This document shows, in pieces, positions 1 through 10,028 of a stretch of DNA of 64,000 nucleotides. Numbering within the stretch: position 1 is the first letter of the stretch; the number at the start of each line of letters is the position of its first letter. The translations under genes and the position numbers were made by a program. The notes under the pieces were generated by a model. It was not told the DNA's origin. It saw only the letters and a program-made list of their open reading frames with translations, and did not search any database. The stretch is from NCBI GenBank assembly GCA_037141055.1, contig JBAXDH010000004.1:2443-66442 (forward strand), written 5' to 3'. The DNA is from a bacterium. GTDB taxonomy: Bacteria > Bacteroidota > Bacteroidia > Bacteroidales > FEN-979.

Positions 1-2
1 AC

Positions 3-1478
3 ATCAATATTGATCCCGGAACACTCAATCCATACGAACATGGCGAGTGCTTTGTTACCGAAGACGGCGCGGAGACAGATCTGGACCTTGGCCATTACGA
101 GCGGTTTTCCAATGTTCCGACATCCCAGGCGAACAACGTTACTACCGGTGTGGTATACCAGTCTGTGATTACCAAGGAACGCCAGGGCGAATACCTCGGT
201 GAAACCGTCCAGGTGATCCCGCATATTACCGACGAAATAAAATACCGGATCAAACTCCTGGCAAACAAGGGGGATTATGATTTCATAATCACGGAAATTG
301 GCGGTACGGTCGGCGACATCGAATCGCTGCCGTTTATTGAAGCCGTCCGCCAGTTGCGCTGGGAACTCGGGCGCGACTGTGTTGTGGTGCATCTTACACT
401 CGTTCCCTATCTTGCTGCAGCCGGTGAACTGAAAACCAAGCCGACACAGCATTCCGTCAAAACGCTGCTGGAGTCGGGAGTGCAGCCTGATATTATTGTC
501 TGCCGCACAGAAAAGCACCTTTCTGAAGGAATCCGGAATAAAATTGCCTTGTTTTGCAACGTCAGTCCCACTTCGGTCATTGAATCGATAGATGCCGAAT
601 CCATCTATGAGGTTCCCATCCTGATGCGCGAAGAAAATCTTGACCTGGAAATTCTCAAGAAAACGGAGATGCCCTGCGACCGGGAACCCGACCTCACTGA
701 CTGGGAGCAGTTCCTGTACGCACTCAAACATCCGTCGGGAGAAGTGAATATCGGCCTTGTCGGTAAATATGTCGAACTCAAGGACGCCTATAAATCAATT
801 AATGAGTCGTTCATCCATGCCGGGACTTCAAACGGCGTAAGGGTGAAGGTACAAACGTTTCACTCTGAGTTTCTCGACGATTCGAACGTGGCCGAAAAAC
901 TTGGTGGTCTCGATGGCATTCTTGTCGCCCCGGGTTTCGGAGAGCGTGGCATCGAAGGGAAAATAGCAGCCATTAAATTCGCCAGGGAAAATAAAATTCC
1001 GTTCTTTGGAATCTGCCTGGGAATGCAGTGCGCCGTCATCGAATTTGGCCGTAACGTGCTTGGTTATAAAGGAGCGCATTCAACGGAGTTTAACAAGTTT
1101 ACACCTTACCCTGTCATTGATATGATGGAGATGCAGAAGAAAATTTCGGGGCTTGGCGGCACCATGAGACTTGGATCATATCCCTGTAAACTGGTAACCG
1201 ATTCGAAGGTTTACCCGGTTTACCAGCAGGAAAATATCAGCGAACGTCACCGGCATCGTTTTGAATTCAACAACGAATACATCGAAGCTTTCACCAAAGC
1301 GGGTATGAGGCCTGTCGGGACGAATCAGAAAGACAACCTGGTCGAAATCATTGAACTTGAAGGTCATCCATGGTTTATCGGGGTCCAGTTCCACCCGGAA
1401 TATAAAAGTACCGTCGCCAGGCCACATCCTCTATTCGTTAGTTTTGTAAAAGCAGCAAAGGATTACGCTGACAGATAA
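3..1478 (+). CDS. pyrG: CTP synthase, 5' end truncated by the window edge
   Basis: Frame 3 is open from the window edge. [35 protein letters not shown] precedes the listed GTG at 150. C-terminal glutamine amidotransferase motifs are present ([15 protein letters not shown]). Confidence 0.95.
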   Translation: MNIDPGTLNPYEHGECFVTEDGAETDLDLGHYERFSNVPTSQANNVTTGVVYQSVITKERQGEYLGETVQVIPHITDEIKYRIKLLANKGDYDFIITEIGGTVGDIESLPFIEAVRQLRWELGRDCVVVHLTLVPYLAAAGELKTKPTQHSVKTLLESGVQPDIIVCRTEKHLSEGIRNKIALFCNVSPTSVIESIDAESIYEVPILMREENLDLEILKKTEMPCDREPDLTDWEQFLYALKHPSGEVNIGLVGKYVELKDAYKSINESFIHAGTSNGVRVKVQTFHSEFLDDSNVAEKLGGLDGILVAPGFGERGIEGKIAAIKFARENKIPFFGICLGMQCAVIEFGRNVLGYKGAHSTEFNKFTPYPVIDMMEMQKKISGLGGTMRLGSYPCKLVTDSKVYPVYQQENISERHRHRFEFNNEYIEAFTKAGMRPVGTNQKDNLVEIIELEGHPWFIGVQFHPEYKSTVARPHPLFVSFVKAAKDYADR

Positions 1479-1489
1479 GAACATTTTTG

Positions 1490-1497
1490 TACCTTTG
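1490..1497 (+). promoter_or_regulatory. Bacteroidota -7 box (TAccTTTG) upstream of yidC
   Basis: Matches the TAnnTTTG consensus, 24 nt before the ATG. Confidence 0.5.
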
Positions 1498-1520
1498 CAC
1501 CCGTTTTTCCAACCCCAGCT

Positions 1521-3470
1521 ATGAATAAAAATACCATTATAGGCCTTGTCCTGATATTCGGGATTTTCATCGGTTACAGCTACCTGGTGAGCCCTTCGCA
1601 GGAGCAAATGATGAAACAGAAACACAAGGCAGATTCGATCTATCTTGTCAACACGGCCAGGCACGAAGCTGAAATTAAAGCGCTTGCGCGTGAGCAGGCC
1701 ATCAACATCGCCAAAGAGAAGGAGAAAGTGCTTTCAACCGGCAAGAAGCTTGATTCGCTTACTGTTCTCAGGCTTACAAAGAAAGATGAACTTGGCGTTT
1801 TTGCAATCGCTGCAGTCGGTAAGGATACTTCTTATATTATTGAGAACGACGTTTTTAAGCTGAGAGTATCATCTCTCGGCGGAAAGATATCCGATGTCGA
1901 GCTTAAGGATTATGTTACCTGGGATAAAAGGCCCTTGAAACTTGTCAATAAGGATTCACTCCAGTTCGGATTTTCCTTCTTTTCAAACAACCGCATCATC
2001 AACACCAATAAACTGTATTTTCAGCCCTTCTGGCCCGACAAAAAGAATGAAAACAAGGCTTTGATCAGGGTTACCGGGACTGATTCCGTCCGTTTTGGCA
2101 TGCGTTTGTTCGTGGCGGCTTCCGATACGACCATCGACCCGGAAAAATTCATCGAATACATCTATACCGTGAAAGGCAATGAAAATATGCTCAGGTACAG
2201 TGTGCGCTTTGTCAACCTGAGCGATATTGCTGATCCTTCAACCAAGTACCTGGTTCTGAACTGGAACAGCAACCTCAACCGCCAGGAGAAAAGCCTGAAC
2301 ATGGAGCGGATGAGCACGGGTTTGTTTTACAAGTATGCCGAAGACAAAGTGGATAATCTTTCGGAAGCGAAAGATGAGGAGAAAATTCTTAAAAATGAAA
2401 GACTGAAATGGATATCGTACAAACAGCAGTTTTTCACCAGCACCATCATTGCAGATGATTTTTTCAGTGATCCCAAATTAAAGGTTACAACCTTGCCCGG
2501 CGGCCACCGCTACCTGAAATCGATGTCGGCTGAAATCGGGATACCATTCTCGCCCAAAGAAAATAAAACATTATCCATGTCCATGTATTTCGGCCCGAAC
2601 AAATATTACGGGTTGAAAAAGTATCAACTGGACCTTGAGAAGCAGATCCCGCTGGGATGGGGATTTTTCCTCATGGCATGGATCAACATTTATGCTGTCA
2701 TTCCGGTATTTACCTTTTTTGGAAACTTTGGCTGGAATTATGGCATCATCATTCTCATTCTGACCATTCTTCTCAAGACCATCCTGTTTCCGATAGCTTT
2801 TAAAACATACAAGTCTTCGGCTAAAATGCGGGTGCTTAAGCCCGAGATCGATGAACTGACCAAGAAATATCCGAAGAAGGAAGATGCCATGAAAAAGCAA
2901 TCGGCCACCATGGAACTATACAAAAAGGCCGGGGTGAACCCGATGGCCGGCTGTATTCCGTTGCTGCTGCAGATGCCGATCCTGATCGCAATGTTCCGGT
3001 TTTTCCCGTCCTCCATCGAACTTCGTCAGCAGGCCTTCCTCTGGGCGAAAGATCTTTCATCGTACGATTCAATCTATACCTTCCCCGGGGGATTTACGAT
3101 CCCTTATTACGGTGATCACATCAGTCTTTTTGCCCTCCTGATGACCATCTCCAGCATTTTCTACACGAAACTGAACGACCAGATGATGGGTTCGCAGCAA
3201 ACGCAGATGCCAGGCATGAAAACCATGATGTACCTGATGCCGGTGATGTTCCTGTTCTGGTTCAACGATTATTCGTCAGGTTTGAGCTACTATTACCTGC
3301 TTGCCAACCTGCTCACGTTTGCACAGATATATATCATCAGGGCAACCATTGATGAGAAAAAACTTCATATGCAGATTGAAGCCAACAAGAAAAAAACGGT
3401 GAAAAAATCGGGATTCCAGAAACGGCTGGAAGATATGGCCAAGAAACGCGGCTACCCGGTGAAGAAATAA
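1521..3470 (+). CDS. yidC: Membrane protein insertase YidC (long Bacteroidota form)
   Basis: 649 aa. N-terminal TM helix, large periplasmic domain, conserved C-terminal insertase core (KTYKSSAKMRVLKPEIDEL, GCIPLLLQMPILIAMF) and a basic tail. Confidence 0.9.
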   Translation: MNKNTIIGLVLIFGIFIGYSYLVSPSQEQMMKQKHKADSIYLVNTARHEAEIKALAREQAINIAKEKEKVLSTGKKLDSLTVLRLTKKDELGVFAIAAVGKDTSYIIENDVFKLRVSSLGGKISDVELKDYVTWDKRPLKLVNKDSLQFGFSFFSNNRIINTNKLYFQPFWPDKKNENKALIRVTGTDSVRFGMRLFVAASDTTIDPEKFIEYIYTVKGNENMLRYSVRFVNLSDIADPSTKYLVLNWNSNLNRQEKSLNMERMSTGLFYKYAEDKVDNLSEAKDEEKILKNERLKWISYKQQFFTSTIIADDFFSDPKLKVTTLPGGHRYLKSMSAEIGIPFSPKENKTLSMSMYFGPNKYYGLKKYQLDLEKQIPLGWGFFLMAWINIYAVIPVFTFFGNFGWNYGIIILILTILLKTILFPIAFKTYKSSAKMRVLKPEIDELTKKYPKKEDAMKKQSATMELYKKAGVNPMAGCIPLLLQMPILIAMFRFFPSSIELRQQAFLWAKDLSSYDSIYTFPGGFTIPYYGDHISLFALLMTISSIFYTKLNDQMMGSQQTQMPGMKTMMYLMPVMFLFWFNDYSSGLSYYYLLANLLTFAQIYIIRATIDEKKLHMQIEANKKKTVKKSGFQKRLEDMAKKRGYPVKK

Positions 3471-3481
3471 CAGAACCTGCT

Positions 3482-4225
3482 TTACCGCAGATAATCAAGG
3501 AAGGTCGCAAGGCCTTCCTTTTTTCGTTCATCAAACTCGTACGATATATTGTTCACCAGGTAGTCCAGGCAATCTTCACAGGCCGGCAATTTGTCCCTGA
3601 AGTACTCCACGCATTCGCGTTTGTGATCTATGCCGTAAGAGATGGCACCTTCGAACTGCCGCAGAACTTCGTCTGCCAACCTGGTTCCGGAAACCCAAAC
3701 TGCAAAAACAAAAGGCAGTCCGGTATAAGCAATCCATTCGGATGCCAGGTCGTAAACATACGGAAAATCCTGCCGGATCAGGAACGTTTTATCCCCGATG
3801 GCCACCAGCGATTCAATATCTCCGGGTGATGAGGATTGCCCTGATTTCAGATTCTCCCATTCCGGGGCGATATGCCAGTGGTTTTTCGCAAGGACCTTAA
3901 CCAGTTCAACTGATGTGCGCGAATCAAAATCGAGGTAAATCCGGCTGATTTTTTCCAGCGGAACTTTCGACAATAACAACACGGTTTTTACAGGGCCCAC
4001 GGCACCAATGCAATAATCGGATATGTAATGATACCCTCTGATTTCTGGTAACGCTCCTGCCGGCACGAGGGCGATGTCCACAGCGCCGGTCCTTAGTTTT
4101 TCGGCGCAGATTGAAGGAACATCCAGTTCGAGACTGAAGTCATGCAACAGTCCTGACTCCTTCAGCCCATAAACAAACGGAAATGTATTCAGATAAGAGA
4201 CGGCAGAGATTCTGAGTAGTTTCAT
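3482..4225 (-). CDS. mqnA: Chorismate dehydratase MqnA-like (futalosine menaquinone pathway family)
   Basis: 247 aa. The N-terminus LRISAVSYLNTFPFVYGL is typical of the MqnA/MqnD family. I cannot separate MqnA from MqnD with certainty. Confidence 0.7.
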   Translation of the reverse strand: MKLLRISAVSYLNTFPFVYGLKESGLLHDFSLELDVPSICAEKLRTGAVDIALVPAGALPEIRGYHYISDYCIGAVGPVKTVLLLSKVPLEKISRIYLDFDSRTSVELVKVLAKNHWHIAPEWENLKSGQSSSPGDIESLVAIGDKTFLIRQDFPYVYDLASEWIAYTGLPFVFAVWVSGTRLADEVLRQFEGAISYGIDHKRECVEYFRDKLPACEDCLDYLVNNISYEFDERKKEGLATFLDYLR

Positions 4226-4278
4226 GGCGGCTGTTTGGGGTGTAAAATTAGGGCATTTGCCGTTGCGATGCCCGATAT

Positions 4279-4818
4279 ATGCAAATTTCTTTATCTTTGC
4301 CTCTCATAATCCGGAAACTGAATTTGAAAAAGGTTCTCATCGTTTCACTCCTGGCTTTATTCCTGTTTAATTCAATTGGATACTACCTCCTTTTTGAACT
4401 GAACAGGTATGGAATCAGGCATGAAATGCAGGCGTTAATCAAGCACAATCCTTCAAAACTGGCTGTCATATCTGTTCCGGATATCATAAGGGACCATAGT
4501 TTTCAACGGATTGATAAAAAGGAGTTCCGGTATAAAGGCGTCATGTATGATATTGTTCGCGAAATCAAAACCAGCCGGGGGTTGATCTTTATCTGCATTC
4601 ATGATGCGAAGGAGTCAAACCTGTATTCAGGACTGAATCATGTGAACCAGAATAACCTGCTTATTTTTCTGGCAGACCATTTGGTAATGATCTCGCTGGC
4701 AGTACCTGCCGTTGACATGGTGCCATGCCTTTCCGGCAAACTGATTTTTTCCCGGGTAAACATCCCTTGTATTTCTTCGTTGCTCCCGACCTGGAGCCCT
4801 CCTCCCGAATTGGGCTGA
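4279..4818 (+). CDS. Hypothetical membrane-anchored protein
   Basis: One N-terminal TM helix (VLIVSLLALFLFNSIGYYLLF). No family recognised. A TAtcTTTG box at 4292-4299 lies inside the listed 5' end, so the real start is probably the TTG at 4324. Confidence 0.4.
   Translation: MQISLSLPLIIRKLNLKKVLIVSLLALFLFNSIGYYLLFELNRYGIRHEMQALIKHNPSKLAVISVPDIIRDHSFQRIDKKEFRYKGVMYDIVREIKTSRGLIFICIHDAKESNLYSGLNHVNQNNLLIFLADHLVMISLAVPAVDMVPCLSGKLIFSRVNIPCISSLLPTWSPPPELG
4292..4299 (+). promoter_or_regulatory. -7 box (TAtcTTTG) for the 4324 gene
   Basis: Matches TAnnTTTG. Confidence 0.45.
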
Positions 4819-4965
4819 ACTTATTTTATCCGGCCATTCTGATCCGCCCAGGGTCCCCAACACATTCGAAACGTCTTTGCACCTTTGCGTTGCTTGCTGT
4901 TTTGGTTTTGTGACATAGCCGGTTTTCAATCATTCCATTAATCAACATTAAATAAGTTCTTAATT

Positions 4966-7383
4966 ATGAAGATAATTACCATATTATCCGCAATCATTAT
5001 TGTGTGTGCTGCTGCCGTAAATGGCCAGCAAATAAAAGTACTCGACAAGTCAGACCTGCAGCCAATCAGCCAGGTCAGTATTTCCAATACCGGCAAAACG
5101 CTGATGGTTGTTACCGATAACGACGGGATGGCAGACCTCACCGGTTTTGGGAGTACCGACTCGATTTTTTTCAACCATGTTGCATTTCAGTCATTGCGCC
5201 TGCTGAAATCCGGAATTCCGGTGTCCGGAAATATCTATCTAACTGAAAACGTTATCAAACTCGATGAATTTGTGATCACCGGCAACAGGGCTGAAGAGAA
5301 AAGATCGGATCTGCCGTATAAAATTGAAGTAATCCAGGCAAAGGATATTTCATTCAAGAATCCGCAGAATTCGGCAATCATGCTTGAACAAAGCGGCAAC
5401 GTATTTGTGCAGACAAGCCAGTTGGGGGGAGGCAGCCCGGTTTTACGTGGTTTCGAAGCCAACAAGGTCCTGCTTGTGGTCGACGGCATCCGCATGAACA
5501 ATGCAATCTATCGTGCCGGCCATCTTCAGAATGCCATCACCGTTGACCCGTTTGGCCTGGCATCTACCGAAATCCTTTACGGACCGGGTTCCACGCTGTA
5601 CGGCAGCGATGCCCTCGGTGGTGTGATCAATTTCATTACCAAAGACCCGGAACTTTCTACTACCGGTAAAACAGAAGTCCATGGCAGCATCCTTGGAAGA
5701 TTTTCCTCGGCAAACACCGAAAAAACAGGCGGCATCAATCTGAACCTTGGATGGAAAAAGCTGGCCGTCCTGCTGAATTTGTCGCACAGCGATTTTGGCG
5801 ATCTTCGCGAGGGGAAAGTCCGTAACCCGGCTTATGGCACTTTTGGCGAGCGTATTTATTATGCTGGAACCGCAGACGGGAAAGATGTAACCCTTGTGAA
5901 TGACAAGTCCTGGATTCAGAAAGGTTCTGCATATTCCCAGTATAATTTTCTGGGAAAAGTGCTTTTTCAGCCGGGCGTCCACAGCAAGTACATTTTAAAT
6001 GTTCAATACACAAACTCCGGCAACATCCCGCGGTATGACCGGCTCACCGAAATGCAGAACGACAGCACCATGACCTATGCCGAATGGTACTACGGGCCGC
6101 AAACCAGGTTCCTTGGATCGCTGAAGGCCGAATACAGCCTAAACGGGGTGATATTCGACCATGCTTCCGTCATCGTCGGGTACCAGTATGTAAAGGAGGA
6201 CAGGATTCAGAGAAGTTTTGCCAGTTCGAAGAAAAAATTCAATCTCGAAACGGTTGGCGTGTTTTCTGTGAATGCCGACTTTGACAAAAGACTCGCTTCA
6301 CGGGATGAGTTGCACTACGGAGTTGAACTTCAATACAATAGTGTCGGTTCAACCGCGCACAACCAGAATATTGCAACAGGCGAAATCACACAAGACCGTG
6401 CGACACGGTTTCCCGATAAAAAGGCAGCCATGACGTACCTTTCAGCATATCTCTCGAATAACTGGAAGATAAACGACATTCTGGCATTTTCACAGGGTTT
6501 ACGGTTCAATTATGTAACGCTGAATGCAGCCTATTCGGATACGATGGTTAAAATTGCCTCCATCCCTTTCGACCCGAATATCGTCCAGAATAATGCAGCG
6601 TTAAACGGCTATCTTGGACTCGTGGCAACTCCAGAACACGACTGGAAGTTTTCACTGGTGGGTTCCTCCGGTTTCAGGGCTCCGAACATGGATGACCTTA
6701 CCAAAATCAACGTGGTGGAAGCCCATACCATCGTCGTTCCGAATCCTGATCTCAAGCCGGAATTTTCATATAACCTGGAAGCTACTGTAGCAAAAACAAT
6801 TCTTGGAAAGGTCCGGATTGAAGGAACCGGTTTTTACAACTGGCTTAAAAATGCACAGGTCATCCGGCCGTTTGCATACAATGGCCAGGACTCCATCACC
6901 ATGGACGGGGTCAGATACCAGACGCTGGCACCGGTCAATACAGGAAGTGCATTTATCTGCGGGTTCCAGGGAAGTATACTTGCACAGGTTACACGTTCAT
7001 TTTCAATTCTGAGCAACCTGACCTATACGTACGGCTATGATGAAATTGCAAAATTACCGCTCGACCATATTCCGCCGGTGTTTGGGATGACATCGTTCCG
7101 CCTGGAGGTTAAAAAATTCAAGGGGGACTTTTATGTGATGTACAATGGCTGGAAACGCATGAGCCAGTACAGCAACAGTGGTGAGGACAATGAGCAGTAC
7201 GCCACTCCTGAAGGCATGCCTTCGTGGTATACGCTCAACCTGAAATTGAGCTACCAGATCGAACGACATGTCAATGTTGAACTTGGAATGGAAAATATCT
7301 TTGATGAGAACTACAGGAAATTTTCATCAGGCATCAGCAGCCCCGGACGCAACATCATTGTCGCGCTGCGTGCCAATCTCTAA
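4966..7383 (+). CDS. TonB-dependent receptor
   Basis: 805 aa. Signal peptide, N-terminal carboxypeptidase-regulatory-like domain, plug motif GGSPVLRGFEANKVLLVVDGIRMNNAIYRAGHLQN and a long beta-barrel region. Confidence 0.9.
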   Translation: MKIITILSAIIIVCAAAVNGQQIKVLDKSDLQPISQVSISNTGKTLMVVTDNDGMADLTGFGSTDSIFFNHVAFQSLRLLKSGIPVSGNIYLTENVIKLDEFVITGNRAEEKRSDLPYKIEVIQAKDISFKNPQNSAIMLEQSGNVFVQTSQLGGGSPVLRGFEANKVLLVVDGIRMNNAIYRAGHLQNAITVDPFGLASTEILYGPGSTLYGSDALGGVINFITKDPELSTTGKTEVHGSILGRFSSANTEKTGGINLNLGWKKLAVLLNLSHSDFGDLREGKVRNPAYGTFGERIYYAGTADGKDVTLVNDKSWIQKGSAYSQYNFLGKVLFQPGVHSKYILNVQYTNSGNIPRYDRLTEMQNDSTMTYAEWYYGPQTRFLGSLKAEYSLNGVIFDHASVIVGYQYVKEDRIQRSFASSKKKFNLETVGVFSVNADFDKRLASRDELHYGVELQYNSVGSTAHNQNIATGEITQDRATRFPDKKAAMTYLSAYLSNNWKINDILAFSQGLRFNYVTLNAAYSDTMVKIASIPFDPNIVQNNAALNGYLGLVATPEHDWKFSLVGSSGFRAPNMDDLTKINVVEAHTIVVPNPDLKPEFSYNLEATVAKTILGKVRIEGTGFYNWLKNAQVIRPFAYNGQDSITMDGVRYQTLAPVNTGSAFICGFQGSILAQVTRSFSILSNLTYTYGYDEIAKLPLDHIPPVFGMTSFRLEVKKFKGDFYVMYNGWKRMSQYSNSGEDNEQYATPEGMPSWYTLNLKLSYQIERHVNVELGMENIFDENYRKFSSGISSPGRNIIVALRANL

Positions 7384-7956
7384 TAACCTCCTGTGAATGG
7401 AAAGCACCTGCGGAATGACCATCGTGGCGCCATCGTTGATGATGACAAAATGCGATAACTTTGATTTTTCGGCATCATCCAGCTGAAATTCCATTCTGCG
7501 CAGCACTGAATTGCCATCGATTTTGTCCCTTTTAATGACACGGTCGATGGCAATTTCTTTTGGGCACGAAACATGAATGATAAAGTCATATTCGTCAATG
7601 AATCCGCTTTCAATGATAATAGCCGCCTCCTGGATCACGTAGCTGTGCTCAGGTTTCAGGGAAGCCCAGTTGCGGAAGTCGCGCATGACCCTTGGGTGCA
7701 GGATCGAATTAAGGATTTTTAAGGCATGGCCGTCGGTAAAGACGATCGTGGCAAGCGATCTTTTGTTGATCTCATGGCCTGTTGTCAGGATACCATAGCC
7801 GAAATGCCTCAGGATTTCGTTCTTCACCAGGGGATCGTCCAGGAATTTTTTTGATTCGTCGTCTGCATGGTAAACCGGCATGCCCAGCGTCGAAAATACT
7901 CCCGAAACAACTGTTTTTCCGCTTCCGATATTTCCTGTAAGTCCGATCTTAAGCAT
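7327..7956 (-). CDS. coaE: Dephospho-CoA kinase
   Basis: P-loop at the N-terminus (IGLTGNIGSGKTVV) and typical length. The 3' end overlaps the convergent receptor gene by 57 nt. Confidence 0.9.
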   Translation of the reverse strand: MLKIGLTGNIGSGKTVVSGVFSTLGMPVYHADDESKKFLDDPLVKNEILRHFGYGILTTGHEINKRSLATIVFTDGHALKILNSILHPRVMRDFRNWASLKPEHSYVIQEAAIIIESGFIDEYDFIIHVSCPKEIAIDRVIKRDKIDGNSVLRRMEFQLDDAEKSKLSHFVIINDGATMVIPQVLSIHRRLLEIGTQRDNDVASGAADA

Positions 7957-8552
7957 TAGTTGGTTTTTTGAACTTCGTAGTGGACTGGTTTAAGGCGTTT
8001 TGTGATGCTGTCGGAGTGATACAAAACAGTGTCCTTACCCGCAATTTCCATTCGAACAGCATCAGGTCCGTCATGCAGCATTGATTTCCTGGGAACCTGT
8101 TTTTCAAATTCGAAGAAAAGTGTGTCAGGTGATACAAAATAGACTTCACTCGGAAAATTCGTTTGTGAAATGATCTCCTTGCCAATCCTGTTGGTCATGA
8201 GATACCCCGTTGTATGGTCACCGGGGTAGTGCAGCCTTACATTGCGCAGGCTGACTTCAAATTCGCGGTATTGTTTGATGATGAACTGTTCTGAGAAAAA
8301 CTCAAATCCCTGGATTTTGATCTTCAGGTTAATGGTCGAATCGGACACCGCAACGATCCTGAGGTTTGCCGGGACCTGGCTATATACCAGGTGGTACTCG
8401 ATAGAATAATAATAGTCCTTTGAAAGCCGGACCAGTGCCCACAGAAATATAGCCAGGACAATGCAGACCAGGAAAATGTACAATTGGTTCCTGAACTTGG
8501 GAGTACGGCGCTGACGTGCATTTCCGATGAATTCAATAAATTCGGATTTCAT
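7956..8552 (-). CDS. Hypothetical membrane-anchored protein (possibly YbbR-like)
   Basis: 198 aa with one TM helix (LYIFLVCIVLAIFLWALV). Sits between yajC and coaE. The family call is weak. Confidence 0.4.
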   Translation of the reverse strand: MKSEFIEFIGNARQRRTPKFRNQLYIFLVCIVLAIFLWALVRLSKDYYYSIEYHLVYSQVPANLRIVAVSDSTINLKIKIQGFEFFSEQFIIKQYREFEVSLRNVRLHYPGDHTTGYLMTNRIGKEIISQTNFPSEVYFVSPDTLFFEFEKQVPRKSMLHDGPDAVRMEIAGKDTVLYHSDSITKRLKPVHYEVQKTN

Positions 8553-8572
8553 CGGTGATCATTTTAATAAGG

Positions 8573-8902
8573 TTACTTTGCTTCGATGGTCTGGCTGTTG
8601 TCCATGGCCACGGCTGTTTTTTCAATGCGCAGCCTGACATTGTTTTCAACCTCGATGGTTACCGTGGTCTCCTGGATTTCAACGATCCTGCCATGAATTC
8701 CGCCAATGGTAATTACTTTCTGACCCTTCTGCAGGCCTTCCTTGAATTTTTTCTGGTCTTTTGACCGTTTCATCTGCGGACGGATGAAGAAAAAGTAAAA
8801 AACTACAATGATGAGAACAAGCGGTAAAAATGAATACCAGCCATTCTGCTGTCCACCCTGGCCCTGGGGAGCCATTAAAAGAATATTCAATAGGTTTGTC
8901 AT
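8573..8902 (-). CDS. yajC: Preprotein translocase subunit YajC
   Basis: 109 aa. TM helix followed by [18 protein letters not shown], typical of YajC. Confidence 0.9.
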   Translation of the reverse strand: MTNLLNILLMAPQGQGGQQNGWYSFLPLVLIIVVFYFFFIRPQMKRSKDQKKFKEGLQKGQKVITIGGIHGRIVEIQETTVTIEVENNVRLRIEKTAVAMDNSQTIEAK

Positions 8903-8956
8903 ACTGTCTTACAATTTTAGGTTTTATGATTTTAGATTTATGATTTCAATGCTATT

Positions 8957-8980
8957 ATTTCGCCATTTCGCCATTTATTT
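8957..8980 (-). repeat. Tandem octamer GGCGAAAT x2-3 (read on the minus strand), abutting a stop codon
   Basis: The plus strand reads atttcgcc atttcgcc atttattt. The stop of the DUF1573 gene (8975-8977) lies inside the array. Confidence 0.85.
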
Positions 8981-9454
8981 TTCCGCACCTGGATTTACCA
9001 CCTGCGCTTTAATCCGTATCACCGTTGTGTTTGGCTGTGTATTGGAGGCAACAACTATGCTTTTTGACTGGTAACCGCGTTTGCCATTGCTGTTGAACGC
9101 GACTTTTATGGTACCGCCCTCACCCGGACGGATCGGCGTTTTCGGGTACGAAGGGATGGTACATCCGCAGGATGTGGAAACTTCGCCAATAATGAGGTCG
9201 GATTTACCGGTATTTTTAAAATTGAAGGAATACGAAACGGTTTCACCTTCGATGATCCGCCCGAAATCATGTTCAACATCTTCAAACTGGATGACCGGAA
9301 GCGAGCCCTTATCTGCATTTTTATTCGCTGAATTGGGATTATTGACGACATCTGCGGAAATGGTTTCCTGGCCATTCTGATTGCCGGGTTTGCAACAGGA
9401 AAGTATTATCAGCGCTATGATGGAGATAAAAACCGGGGACTTCATGACATTCAA
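8975..9454 (-). CDS. DUF1573 domain lipoprotein
   Basis: Signal peptide with a Cys (ILSCC). HDFGRIIEGETVSYSFNFKNTGKSDLIIGEVSTSCGCT matches the DUF1573 pattern. Confidence 0.75.
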   Translation of the reverse strand: MNVMKSPVFISIIALIILSCCKPGNQNGQETISADVVNNPNSANKNADKGSLPVIQFEDVEHDFGRIIEGETVSYSFNFKNTGKSDLIIGEVSTSCGCTIPSYPKTPIRPGEGGTIKVAFNSNGKRGYQSKSIVVASNTQPNTTVIRIKAQVVNPGAEK

Positions 9455-9478
9455 TATTTCATGCTTTTTTTAGCGTTG

Positions 9479-9486
9479 CAAAGGTA
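9479..9486 (-). promoter_or_regulatory. -7 box (TAccTTTG on the minus strand) for the DUF1573 gene
   Basis: The reverse complement of caaaggta matches TAnnTTTG. It lies 25 nt upstream of the ATG at 9454. Confidence 0.5.
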
Positions 9487-9512
9487 CTAAAATAATTCAT
9501 ACTTTTACTGCG

Positions 9513-10028
9513 ATGCGGGTTTACCTTATAGGATATATGGCTTCAGGAAAATCAAACCTCGGCAGACTGCTGGCCGCGAACCTGGGCTACAAATTTATTG
9601 ACCTTGATTATTTGTTTGAAGAGAGATACAGGATCAGTGTCCTTGATTTTTTTGAAAAATACGATGAGGGAGCGTTCAGGACAATTGAAAGGTCTTTGCT
9701 GCTCGAAACGACCGTCATTGAAGATGTTATAGTTTCAACAGGAGGGGGAACGCCCTGTTCATTCGATAACATGGATGTTATCAAAAATTCCGGTGTATCA
9801 ATTTATCTTTTCTGGAACGTGCCGGCACTGGTGCGCCGCCTGGCTCTTGTAAAGCGGAAGCGGCCGCTGCTTAAAAACATCAGGCCGGAGGAAATGGAGG
9901 AAAAGGTTACCTCGCATTTAACACAAAGGGAATTTTATTACAACCAGGCAGATTATAAAGTCAATGGGGAAAATGTTGATGTTGCATCTCTTGCAGACAT
10001 GGTGAAAAATCACGAACGGCCGGGCTGA
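9513..10028 (+). CDS. aroK: Shikimate kinase
   Basis: 171 aa. P-loop LIGYMASGKS and STGGG motif. Confidence 0.9.
   Translation: MRVYLIGYMASGKSNLGRLLAANLGYKFIDLDYLFEERYRISVLDFFEKYDEGAFRTIERSLLLETTVIEDVIVSTGGGTPCSFDNMDVIKNSGVSIYLFWNVPALVRRLALVKRKRPLLKNIRPEEMEEKVTSHLTQREFYYNQADYKVNGENVDVASLADMVKNHERPG

Noticed and set aside
7327-7383. A 57-nt convergent overlap between the TonB-dependent receptor and coaE as a possible antisense regulatory arrangement or mis-assembly.
   Set aside because: Both ORFs are intact with normal family features. The coaE tail beyond the conserved domain is probably just a late stop codon.
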